Source of the DNA: a bacterium | GTDB lineage: Bacteria; Muiribacteriota; UBA6191 | NCBI GenBank assembly: GCA_036339875.1 | Contig: JAYZAC010000151.1 | Coordinates: forward strand, 1 to 37,352 | DNA length: 37,352 bases | Reading direction: 5' to 3' | In this document: in pieces, positions 18,344-27,643 of the stretch | Layout of the letters: every line of letters starts with the position of its first letter | How positions within the stretch are numbered: the stretch's first letter is position 1 | Notes under the pieces: generated by a model | Database searches by the model: none | What the model was told of the DNA's origin: nothing | What the model saw: the letters and a program-made list of their open reading frames with translations, nothing else | Made by a program: the position numbers and the translations under genes

Positions 18344-19189
18344 TCAATCCTCAATTCCGTATTCTGATCTGAAATAATCACCAAGATCGTCCAGCGCTTT
18401 ATTTAAGTTCTTTGCTACGAATAATCTTGGTTGTTGAATTGTAGGGTCATATTCTGTACCACACATCATCTCGATATCGAATTCCAGATGTTGTACTCTG
18501 GCAGCATCTACGCAACGACGTAAATCAGAGTAACTTGACAAATTTCCAGCCCCCCAAGTCTTTAATTCATCTTCTTCATAAACCAAACCATATTCCACCG
18601 TAAACCAGTAAAGATTTTCTAACTTTTTGATTTGTTCATCACTCGCTTTCGTTGCAGCCTTAGCAAATTGCACATAACAGCGAGCTATTTTCGGGTCCAT
18701 CAAGAGTGGAACATGTCCAATGACATCGTGACAAATATCAGGTTCAGGAGTGAAATCCGGCTTGCTGTGATGACGAATATATTGCGTACAATAGAATTCA
18801 CGATTCTGCAGAGAACTAAAAAAGTATCTTGATGTCACCAATCCGCTTACAGGTACTACCTTAAAACCGGTCCTAGGAAATAGAGCCTTATTAACATCTC
18901 CTAAACTTGGAATTCGCTTGGGATTAAGTTTTAAGTCTAACAACCCATTATAAACATCTTGAACGGCATATTTTCTATATCTGGAAAGAATCGTAGTATA
19001 CAAATGAGTCCATAGCTCGTGCTGATGATTCTCGTATTCTATTTCAGGTAGGTTTATTTCCTTATCAATCTCGCGATCCTTCAAATACTTAGTAGCTAAT
19101 CTAGCAATTTGATCACGCTGAGCTCTGTAGGTCGCGTCTGTAAATCCAGGGTGATCCTGATCCAAGTCTACTAAGAAATTAGAATCCAT
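18344..19189 (-). CDS. phhA: Pterin-dependent aromatic amino acid hydroxylase (phenylalanine 4-monooxygenase-like)
   Basis: LDQDHPGFTD.TYR, TQYIRH, TPEPDICHDVIGH (two Fe His ligands), YWFTVEYGL (Fe Glu ligand) and GAGNLSS. Confidence 0.9.
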   Translation of the reverse strand: MDSNFLVDLDQDHPGFTDATYRAQRDQIARLATKYLKDREIDKEINLPEIEYENHQHELWTHLYTTILSRYRKYAVQDVYNGLLDLKLNPKRIPSLGDVNKALFPRTGFKVVPVSGLVTSRYFFSSLQNREFYCTQYIRHHSKPDFTPEPDICHDVIGHVPLLMDPKIARCYVQFAKAATKASDEQIKKLENLYWFTVEYGLVYEEDELKTWGAGNLSSYSDLRRCVDAARVQHLEFDIEMMCGTEYDPTIQQPRLFVAKNLNKALDDLGDYFRSEYGIED

Positions 19190-20950
19190 CTACACTCCAT
19201 TACTTAAAAATTGTTGGGCGATTACAGCCTCCCTGTAAAAAAATAATTGATGATCAAAATCTTCTAGATTTGCATAACATTCTGATAAAAGAGTTAATAA
19301 TTGTGGTAGATAATTTAAGTTACCGTTTTGTAGACTCGAACCAATTGCCAAATCGATATGTTCAAGTGACTTATCAATTTTATCATTTTGCAACTCAAAT
19401 CGAGCCTCCGCATAATGCGCCATCTCTGGTAGCAAATTGAGAACTTGATCCCAATTGCTGGGCTTTTTGCTATCTTCCATAAACTTAAGAAGTGCCAGCA
19501 GAGTTTCCAGATCAATCAACTTTTGACCCGTAAACATTCCTTCAATCTGTGGTACCGTTAAATCCTCCTTGATAGATTTTTTGAGCAGTATTGGTAAAGC
19601 TAACGAACTAAAATCATCTAAAGATTCAACTTGTTTAAGGTAATCGAACCATAGATTTTCAGCCCCGTATTGCCATAAAACTTCTAGCAACAATTCCCAT
19701 TGTCCTGTGTAGTCATAAGGTAAAGTTTCTATGAGAACTGACGCTTTCGTTCCTTCATAATTTAGGAGCAAATCCAGGATCTTCAAATTCCAAGCCAGAC
19801 GTAAATATAATTCTTGGCTATCCCAATTAATATCCGACATTGCTTCACAAAGTTCTAAAAGCAAATTGAGTGATCGAGTACTCTCGTACTCAGTTAGTAA
19901 ATTCTGTAAGCATTCTTCAGATGGTTGTCCTAGAATTCTTAACTGAAGTTCAAGTAATTCATGAGGACTCAAGAATTGATTACCTAATTCCAAACATTTG
20001 GTCTTCATAGACTCAAAGACTTGAGGATGAAGTTCCTCAAGATCAGTAATCAAAGACATTTTACTAATCCGAGTTAAGCCATAACCGGACTCAAGTAAAT
20101 AATTTAGCAATGGTTCACGATCTAGCAAAGCCTCTATCTTATGAGAGATTGGATTAATCTCATCAGGGATACCAGCTGGAAAGTGGCTCAAAAAGGCGAA
20201 AACCTCTAAAATATCACTACACTCAGAACATTTTTGATTGATCCAAGCTTTCTGTTGCTTACCTGCGCCTCTCATAAAATCAAAGGCTTCCGAGGAAAAT
20301 TGGATCCCGTAAAGATTATTGTACGAATCCTTCAAAAAAGGAGAAATGTGATTTACTTCGAGATATTGATTCCCTTTGAAAAAAAACTGAACACCAAAGT
20401 CTGACTCGATTGAACCCTTGCCCGATTGATGAGTTCTAAGTCCAAATAGAACAAACATGCGTTCAGGCTTCCATTCACAGATCAATCTAAGTAACTCAAT
20501 TCCCTCGGCACTGAGCCGCTCGCATTGATCCAGACACAAGATGATTTTACCTTCATAAACTTCTAGTAGCGATTTCAGTTTCAATATAAAAAGATAACCA
20601 TCCACTTGATATCGATTTCCGACTTGCTTAACCCAAGCATTAACATTATAGGGCAATTTGGAGCGTTCCCTTAAATTGACTTGCCACCGGTTATAAACTT
20701 CATCCGGCAGCTGCACTGAAATCCGCTGTATCCACTGCTTTAAGAAGTGTTGGGCGGGCTCGAAATCACTAACTATAGAGTAGTTAACTGAAAGTATTTG
20801 CCTACTGGCGCTTTGCATTTTGAGCCAAGAGTTAATGAGGAATGATTTGCCATGTCCGGTTTGCCCGTGAACGACGAGAGTACCACTCATATCACTCTGG
20901 ATGTAACTTTCTAACCTAGTTATTTGTTCTTCACGACCTATAAGTTCCAT
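19190..20950 (-). CDS. P-loop NTPase (AAA_16/STAND-like) with helical/TPR-like C-terminus
   Basis: LIGREEQI, Walker A GQTGHGKS, Walker B ILCLDQCE. ATG 20950 preferred because an extended -10 (TGcTACAAT) lies at 20972-20964; alternative starts are 20965 and 20983. Confidence 0.75.
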   Translation of the reverse strand: MELIGREEQITRLESYIQSDMSGTLVVHGQTGHGKSFLINSWLKMQSASRQILSVNYSIVSDFEPAQHFLKQWIQRISVQLPDEVYNRWQVNLRERSKLPYNVNAWVKQVGNRYQVDGYLFILKLKSLLEVYEGKIILCLDQCERLSAEGIELLRLICEWKPERMFVLFGLRTHQSGKGSIESDFGVQFFFKGNQYLEVNHISPFLKDSYNNLYGIQFSSEAFDFMRGAGKQQKAWINQKCSECSDILEVFAFLSHFPAGIPDEINPISHKIEALLDREPLLNYLLESGYGLTRISKMSLITDLEELHPQVFESMKTKCLELGNQFLSPHELLELQLRILGQPSEECLQNLLTEYESTRSLNLLLELCEAMSDINWDSQELYLRLAWNLKILDLLLNYEGTKASVLIETLPYDYTGQWELLLEVLWQYGAENLWFDYLKQVESLDDFSSLALPILLKKSIKEDLTVPQIEGMFTGQKLIDLETLLALLKFMEDSKKPSNWDQVLNLLPEMAHYAEARFELQNDKIDKSLEHIDLAIGSSLQNGNLNYLPQLLTLLSECYANLEDFDHQLFFYREAVIAQQFLSNGV

Positions 20951-21048
20951 AATCTTATTTGGCATTGTAGCATGAGATAACAATTATCCCGATCTTCATG
21001 TCTTCTAAAAAAACTTCAAAGCGGTTAGAATGTGTAGATCAAGCTTGA

Positions 21049-22020
21049 ATGGAAAACAACCCTATGAAAAAGCCACTAGAAGAAGCCAGAATTTTAGTAT
21101 TGGGTGACATAATGTTGGATCGATATGTGCGCGGAGATGTCAATCGTATATCGCCTGAGGCACCTGTTCCAGTTGTTCGTGTCACCCGTGAGCGTAATCT
21201 TCTTGGAGGCGCTGCAAATGTTGCAGCTAACTTAGTTTCAGTCGGTGTTCAGACTTCAATGATGGCAGTGTGTGGTACGGATTTAGGAGGGACCCATCTA
21301 ATCGAACTTTTAGATCGTAGTCAGATCGATACGGATTTAATCCTCACATCTAGCCACCGTATGACCACAATCAAAACTAGAATTGTAGCAGATCAACAAC
21401 AAATTGTGAGAGTGGATAGAGAAGAACTGCTAATGATAAGCGACAAAGAATGCAAAAAGCTGTTATCAAACCTAGAAGCCTGTTGGGATTCCTTTGACGC
21501 AATTATTATAAGTGATTACAAAAAGGGTCTGCTATCTAATCAATTGTTGGAGGGAATTCGTACTTTGGCGGATGAAAGGCCAAAAATAATTACAGTTGAC
21601 CCCAAAGAGCGTAAATTTGGTAAATACAGTGGATTTAGTCTCTGTACGCCGAACCGTCTAGAGTTTGAAACCGCTTCTGGGATTGACTGCGATAACTTAG
21701 AAGCTCTTAAATCTACTGGAATGGCTATGCGTTCGGATCTTCAGCTCGATGCACTGTTAGTTACCCTGGGTAAAGATGGTATGGCTTTATTCGATCATGA
21801 GGGCTCAACTTTCATTGACACTGAGGCTCGTGAAGTATTTGATGTCACTGGAGCCGGAGACACAGTAATTTCGGTATTGACTGCCTGCCTCTGTCTGGGC
21901 ATGGATTTTGAGAAATCTGCCAGAGTAGCGAATCTAGCAGCTGGTAGGGTAGTTGCTAGAATGGGTGTAGCAACCCTCAATCAGCAAGAAATGGAGAAAA
22001 TATTAAAACGATTCGAATAG
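21049..22020 (+). CDS. rfaE1: D-glycero-beta-D-manno-heptose-7-phosphate kinase (stand-alone HldE/RfaE domain I)
   Basis: VLGDIMLDRY.G.V.RISPEAPVPV, GGAANVA, SDYKKG, VDPK, TPNRLE and DVTGAGDTV. Confidence 0.95.
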   Translation: MENNPMKKPLEEARILVLGDIMLDRYVRGDVNRISPEAPVPVVRVTRERNLLGGAANVAANLVSVGVQTSMMAVCGTDLGGTHLIELLDRSQIDTDLILTSSHRMTTIKTRIVADQQQIVRVDREELLMISDKECKKLLSNLEACWDSFDAIIISDYKKGLLSNQLLEGIRTLADERPKIITVDPKERKFGKYSGFSLCTPNRLEFETASGIDCDNLEALKSTGMAMRSDLQLDALLVTLGKDGMALFDHEGSTFIDTEAREVFDVTGAGDTVISVLTACLCLGMDFEKSARVANLAAGRVVARMGVATLNQQEMEKILKRFE

Positions 22021-22916
22021 CTACAAGGGGAAGTAAATTAGCTCTTTGGCAAGCAAATCACGTCCAAAAAATTCTGTCTGAGCAAGGATTCGATAGTATC
22101 ATCCAAGTAATTAGCACCAAAGGAGACCGAGTCCTTGAAAAACCACTTCCTGAAATTGGAGGCAAAGGTCTTTTTACTCAAGAGCTTGAACAGTCTTTAA
22201 TCAATGGTTCGACTGATATAGCTGTTCATTCTGCCAAAGATTTACCTACCACAGATCCCGAAGGTTTGTGTGTAGCCGCATTCATGAAACGCGAAAAATG
22301 TACTGATTGCTTGGTAAGCTCATCCAGTAATTCCATTACTAGTATTTCAGAACTTCCTTTTGGTGCAAATGTGGGAACTAGCTCCCTCAGACGACAAGCA
22401 CAAATTCTTAATCTAAGACCAGATCTAAAAGTTTCAAGTATCCGTGGTAATGTAGATACAAGAATAAAAAAAATGCTGAGTAAGGAAGTAGATATTCTCG
22501 TTTTAGCATCCGCAGGAGTTATTCGCTTAGGATTTGATAAGCGCTCTGATCTTTGCATATCGCATCTCGATGAGCTTTCTTTTTTGCCTGCAGTTGGACA
22601 GGGCGCTATTGCGATACAATGCCGACAAAATGATCTAAATCTATTCCGATGTCTGACAGATAAAGCCACCCATCATAGAATCATCGCTGAAAGAGAGTTA
22701 CTTAAGAGACTGGAAGGTGGATGCAGTCTACCATTAGGCGTTAAATCGGAATATTTAGGTCAAGAACAAGTTAGACTTAGAGCAAAGCTACTAAGTTTAG
22801 ACGGAAAAATGACTGTAGAATCAACCGGAAAAGGGAAACCTCACCGCGCTGTCGAACAAATCCTAGCCAGTATGGATCAACAAAAGTTGTCACTAATCAG
22901 GAAATCTTTAATCTAA
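22002..22916 (+). CDS. hemC: Hydroxymethylbilane synthase (porphobilinogen deaminase), 304 aa, ATT start
   Basis: The frame upstream of the listed ORF reads IKTIRIATRGSKLALWQA...TKGD...GGKGLFTQELE...DIAVHSAKDLP; further motifs GTSSLRR, RGNVDTR and LEGGCSLP. Confidence 0.95.
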   Translation: MKTIRIATRGSKLALWQANHVQKILSEQGFDSIIQVISTKGDRVLEKPLPEIGGKGLFTQELEQSLINGSTDIAVHSAKDLPTTDPEGLCVAAFMKREKCTDCLVSSSSNSITSISELPFGANVGTSSLRRQAQILNLRPDLKVSSIRGNVDTRIKKMLSKEVDILVLASAGVIRLGFDKRSDLCISHLDELSFLPAVGQGAIAIQCRQNDLNLFRCLTDKATHHRIIAERELLKRLEGGCSLPLGVKSEYLGQEQVRLRAKLLSLDGKMTVESTGKGKPHRAVEQILASMDQQKLSLIRKSLI

Positions 22917-23611
22917 TGCCAAAGCTTCTTATATACCGCGATCGTGAACAATCTGAGCAGAGTGCCAAATTTTTTACCAAGCTAAACTTTGAAATTTTAA
23001 TAGAACCACTTATAAGATATGAAGGTCATCCATTTCAATTGTCTGATCTTCACAGAGATTGCGAACATATTCTTATACCTTCTTTGAATGCAGCTAGATT
23101 CTTTTTTGAGAACTCAGATATGTTTGATTTCTGCCAATCGAGAGAGATACATTGCGTAGGGGAAAAATTTGCAAAATCCTTTGAAGCCGACTTTTCACCA
23201 ATTCAAACTCATCAATATTTTTTGGAGGCAATAAGACGATTAGCAGAAATGAATTGTCGAACTGTTCTGTATCCATGTAAACAAGGATTGGCTAGCAAAC
23301 GTCAAGAAGAAGCTCTGGCGGAAGGCGTATCTTTAAGACCGGTAATGTGTTATGAACAATTTCAAGACGAAGGAAATAAAAAATTCCAAGAAATTCTTAA
23401 CAACGAATCCCAATTAGTAATTCTTAGCCTTTCTGAAAGTCAGGCACAACTTCTAAATGCCTATAATTATGGTAACCATAAAGTTGCTTGCTTAGGCGAC
23501 AGAACGGCAACCCATCTAAAAAAATTAGGAGTTTCACCCTCACAACTAATAATCGCTGAAAAACCAAACCTAGAAAGCCTCGCTGATGCAATTAAGAAAG
23601 CTTTTAGTTAA
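22916..23611 (+). CDS. hemD: Uroporphyrinogen-III synthase
   Basis: TAATG-coupled to hemC; divergent HemD patterns PSLNAARFF, CVGEK, ACLGDRTA and AEKPNLESL. Confidence 0.8.
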   Translation: MPKLLIYRDREQSEQSAKFFTKLNFEILIEPLIRYEGHPFQLSDLHRDCEHILIPSLNAARFFFENSDMFDFCQSREIHCVGEKFAKSFEADFSPIQTHQYFLEAIRRLAEMNCRTVLYPCKQGLASKRQEEALAEGVSLRPVMCYEQFQDEGNKKFQEILNNESQLVILSLSESQAQLLNAYNYGNHKVACLGDRTATHLKKLGVSPSQLIIAEKPNLESLADAIKKAFS

Positions 23612-24146
23612 TATCCTCCTATTCGGAGCATGTTCTTTAGTATATTTAGCTCTCGAAAATGATAAGCCTGTTGAGCAAAGCCTAGAAAAATTTAATACAG
23701 AACAAACGCTGATTCCCGGCTTAAAATTGAATGTTGATCGATGGATTGCGATCGACAGAAGTCCTCATTTGTATAGTTTTCAAAGTAGAAATGGACTGGA
23801 TCAATTACATCTGGGTAGAAAACCTTATTTTCAAAGTGTAGTTCCGACAGCATTGGAGTTATATAGAACTCTCTTTCAACAAATATCCTCAGAATCCGCT
23901 TTAGATTGGAAAACTCTAGGGATTCAACCAGGAGATCAACGATTACATCAAGCTAGATTGAAAGAAGTTTGGATAGGCTACAAAGTGGCTTTGGACATTG
24001 TACCCGTGTTTATTAATTCTCAGCCGCAAAGTTACGCTATCGCTACTTTTTTATATAAAAATCATCCCGTTTACTTCATAAGCAAACAAGTCAATGATTT
24101 AAGTTCATTAAAAACACTTTTACTGTCAACATTCAGTTTAGAGTGA
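23586..24146 (+). CDS. Hypothetical protein with N-terminal membrane anchor/signal
   Basis: Hydrophobic N-terminus; fills the operon gap between hemD and the crotonase. Confidence 0.7.
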   Translation: MQLRKLLVNILLFGACSLVYLALENDKPVEQSLEKFNTEQTLIPGLKLNVDRWIAIDRSPHLYSFQSRNGLDQLHLGRKPYFQSVVPTALELYRTLFQQISSESALDWKTLGIQPGDQRLHQARLKEVWIGYKVALDIVPVFINSQPQSYAIATFLYKNHPVYFISKQVNDLSSLKTLLLSTFSLE

Positions 24147-24163
24147 ATTAGAAAAGGGGAGTT

Positions 24164-24940
24164 ATGGAATTTTTTGAATGGAAACTAAATAACGGAATTG
24201 GAATCTTAACTTTCTCGAGAGAAAAAGTTCTTAATGCACTGAATGAAGAACTATTAAGAGAAGGTTTAGAGTTTTTAGATAATCAAGTCCTCAACTCTGA
24301 ACTGAAAGTATTGGTAGTAACCGGAAAAGGGACTAAATCATTTATAGCTGGTGCAGATATCGCAGAATTAAGTAAAACTGACAACGAGGGAGGCAGACGC
24401 ATCTCTCGATTAGGACAAAATTTTATGAATTCTCTGTCTCAATTTCCTCGTCCAGTCATAGCCGCAATTAACGGATTCGCATTGGGGGGCGGACTTGAAG
24501 TCGCGATTTCAGCTGATTTACGTTATGCCAGTACTAAAGCCAAATTAGGATTACCTGAAGTTACTTTAGGCCTTATCCCTGGATATGGAGGTACGCAAAG
24601 ACTGGCACGCTTGATTGGATTAGGAAAAGCCAATGAATACATCTTTACTGGTGAAATGTATAGTGCTAATCAGGCATTAGATCATGGTCTACTGCAAGGA
24701 GTTTTCGAACCTGAGGAACTTTTACCAAAAGTGGTCGAGATAGCGGAGAAAATATCAAGTCGGGCCCCTCTAGCTTTACAATCAGCGAAAAGAGCTATCA
24801 ATTTAGGCTTACAATTAGATTTAGGATCAGGATTAGAAGTTGAAATCCTTGAGTTTGGTAATGTTTGTGGAACAAAAGACATGAAAGAAGGCACATCTGC
24901 TTTCATCGAAAAGCGACAAGCAAGATTTAATGGTAACTAA
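24164..24940 (+). CDS. Enoyl-CoA hydratase (crotonase family)
   Basis: LNALN, FIAGADI, IAAINGFALGGGLE and GLPEVTLGLIPGYGGTQRL; both catalytic Glu present. SD AGGGGAG. Confidence 0.95.
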   Translation: MEFFEWKLNNGIGILTFSREKVLNALNEELLREGLEFLDNQVLNSELKVLVVTGKGTKSFIAGADIAELSKTDNEGGRRISRLGQNFMNSLSQFPRPVIAAINGFALGGGLEVAISADLRYASTKAKLGLPEVTLGLIPGYGGTQRLARLIGLGKANEYIFTGEMYSANQALDHGLLQGVFEPEELLPKVVEIAEKISSRAPLALQSAKRAINLGLQLDLGSGLEVEILEFGNVCGTKDMKEGTSAFIEKRQARFNGN

Positions 24941-24946
24941 AATGAA

Positions 24947-26425
24947 TCAATCTAAAAATTCATCCAGAGGCTCCTCCTCATCTAACGCTATTTGAAAGGA
25001 TCTCTTCCATTCCTCTAGTTCATATAAAACGGCAGGAGAGTCTTCCGACCACTCCTCCAAAAGTTTTAGAGATCTTTCTCTTACGAGATCAAAATTATGC
25101 TGCTTAAACTGCGAACGAATTAAAGGTAGAAATCTTTCATCTCTAGTTTGATCTACACAAAAAACTAATGTCAGACGTGGTGCCTCATAATTAGAGCTCC
25201 CAAGTTGACACAAAGCTCTGTAGATATCAGAAAAAAATTCATCATTATATGTATTGTAAAGAGCGATACATGCGTTTCCAATGACTCGATTATGCTCATC
25301 CTTTAAGCACTTTAGTAACACTTCTTTGTCTGTTTTTAATTCAAGTTGATCCAGAGCTTCCAATGCATTTGCCCTTATTCTAAAGTCCTTATCAGTAGTA
25401 CAATCTTTTAGAAATTTAATAACTGAATCATCCACAAACTCTAAAAATCCGATTTTTTGAATACTACTCGCTTTTTGTCTTAGATCACCCACTTGATACT
25501 CCTCAAGCAAAGTATCAAAACTGTGAATATTATCTCCTAATGAATGCACCCTCCTTCTCTTTTCTATCAAGTTATTAGCATTTGTTCGCGACCCTACCTG
25601 AGAAAGAATCTGTTTCGCCTCATCGAGATTTTGGGATAAATTTTCTATAGAATCCCAAGCCATCTGTACAACCAATTTACTAACATCACCGATAAGAATT
25701 TGACAGCAACCAAAACTAATTGTATGAGGTACTTTGCCACACCAAAAAGCCACACTCACTCTAATCTTTGCATCCGGATCTTCTGTCAATTCTTGAAGCA
25801 CTTTGAGGAGTATCTCCAAATTCCACTTTGATAAATATTTTTCTATTGATTTAACAAAATTGGGGCCTAATCTATAGCTTTCTAAAAGACTAAACCTGAT
25901 CGCTTTGTAACTCTTAACATTAGCGATAGCTTCAAGGGCCATTCGCTGAACTTCTCGATCAGGAAATTCGAGATAATTCCTTAAAGTTTCTAATGAACGC
26001 TCTCCAAGACTACTAAGTAATCTAATATTACAAATCTTGAAATAGCTATCATCGAATCGCTTCTCAACTTCTAACATAAAAGGTAAAAAATCTCTGCGAC
26101 GATTTTTTATCAAAAATGCGTAAGTCTTTTTCACTACCTTAAGACTACCGTTCGATAAATTACTTAAAATCTTTTTTTGCTCTAAATTTAAATTAAGCCG
26201 CTCTTTATTCTCAGGACTATCATCGAACCAGTCAGCATTTTGTAAAATTTCTTCAATTTGAATCAAAATTGAGGAAACATCTTCGTATTTTGACCAGTTT
26301 TCTAGAATACGGTACCGATCAGGAACTTCAGAATTTGATAGCTCACGAACAGCAACTCTACGAATCTCGGGATCTTTATTTTTCAGTGAGTGGATTAATC
26401 TTTTTCGTAATTGATTTAGATTCAT
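24947..26425 (-). CDS. HEAT-repeat protein
   Basis: Repeats DPEIRRVAVREL, DREVQRMALEAI, DAKIRVSVA, DFRIRANALEAL and HNRVIGNACIAL. Confidence 0.85.
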   Translation of the reverse strand: MNLNQLRKRLIHSLKNKDPEIRRVAVRELSNSEVPDRYRILENWSKYEDVSSILIQIEEILQNADWFDDSPENKERLNLNLEQKKILSNLSNGSLKVVKKTYAFLIKNRRRDFLPFMLEVEKRFDDSYFKICNIRLLSSLGERSLETLRNYLEFPDREVQRMALEAIANVKSYKAIRFSLLESYRLGPNFVKSIEKYLSKWNLEILLKVLQELTEDPDAKIRVSVAFWCGKVPHTISFGCCQILIGDVSKLVVQMAWDSIENLSQNLDEAKQILSQVGSRTNANNLIEKRRRVHSLGDNIHSFDTLLEEYQVGDLRQKASSIQKIGFLEFVDDSVIKFLKDCTTDKDFRIRANALEALDQLELKTDKEVLLKCLKDEHNRVIGNACIALYNTYNDEFFSDIYRALCQLGSSNYEAPRLTLVFCVDQTRDERFLPLIRSQFKQHNFDLVRERSLKLLEEWSEDSPAVLYELEEWKRSFQIALDEEEPLDEFLD

Positions 26426-26434
26426 TTTATGAAT

Positions 26435-27523
26435 CTAAATATACAGTACATAGCAGAAGTAGACAAAGGCTGCCATTGTAAGAAAAGGAGTGATAAATTC
26501 TCCACTATCCAATCTCGCTGATTGATTAAGTCGCTCAGCAGGACTTGCGGGTCCCTCTCTACCAATGGTATTAATCCATTGATTAGAACGAGATGGTGTT
26601 TGCTCAGAATAGTGCAAACTATTTTCTGTGGAAGAAACTTCGCTCTCTGCTTGTTATTCAGATGTCAATGAGGCAATTGGCTTCTCATTTTTTTGAATTT
26701 GTAATTTTGAGGAATCATTTGAATCGACTGATAATTTAGTAGGGGATGCAGACTGTTCAGTTCTACTCTCAAGTTCACTAATTTCATTCGGAAAAACTTG
26801 ATCTAAATATGCTAAATCGTGTCTTAATTGTTTTTTGCGACTTTCCTTATTTAACTTTTCCCGCTTTTGTTTCTCCATTTGTTCTAGCCTAGCCAAACTA
26901 AACTCTTTGGTTTTAGGGCGTAAGCCTTCCGAAGAAATATTTGTTTGATCATTTGATTTTGATCTACCACTTAAACGTAATTTCTGCTCAGCACTAAGTA
27001 GTCTTGATGACTTAACTTCCGAGTCGCTTCGACTTGATCTTGCGTCCGAGTGAAACTTAGGGTTCGAATTTAGGATTTTAGATTCTCGAACAGATTTTTC
27101 ATCTATTTTTTTGACTCGAGTTCTATTGCTAATTTTCAATTTACTAGGCGTTTCATCAATTTCATCCTGCACATTATGTTTTAGCTGCAATGGTAATGGT
27201 ACTTTACTTGAATCAAGAATAGTTGGCGTAGATTTAGTCTCATCAATTTTACCCAAACCACTTGGAGCAATTTTATTAATTTTTTCCTGTAATTTTGGAC
27301 TCAATTGCTTACCTTGATTCTGAGAAGTAATTACGTCACTAGTTTTTTGTAGAGGATGTTTTATGAAGTCGTTTAAATTTAAGGGCGTTTGTATTGCTAC
27401 CTTGTGCGCGGTAGGCATCTCCAATTTTGAATGCGTCAAAGTAGTACTTAAGCGAGTACCACACTGAAAACAAAAGCGAGCTTGCAAGTCATTCTTTGAC
27501 TTACACTTTCTACATACTTTCAT
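26435..27523 (-). pseudogene. Zinc-ribbon / disordered-linker / C-terminal TM protein interrupted by one in-frame TAA (26656-26654)
   Basis: N-terminal CRKC..N...ARFCFQCG. ORFs 26654..27523 and 26435..26617 are in the same frame with no other stop between them. The downstream part ends in a TM helix 9 bp before the HEAT gene. Confidence 0.6.
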
Positions 27524-27643
27524 AGCAAACCTTCCAAACGTCGATTCGTAGTAATTTTCTCAAATGTTCTAATACTGTAAATCGAGTCCAGAGAGTATTG
27601 TTTTAACAAAAAACCTATATTTAAGCTATATTTTGTAAATATT

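Noticed and set aside
22226..22669. 147-aa minus-strand ORF
   Set aside because: Antisense shadow of hemC with no motif.
26654..26656. Stop-codon reassignment as the explanation for the in-frame TAA
   Set aside because: TAA, TAG and TGA all terminate well-conserved genes at expected positions in this window.
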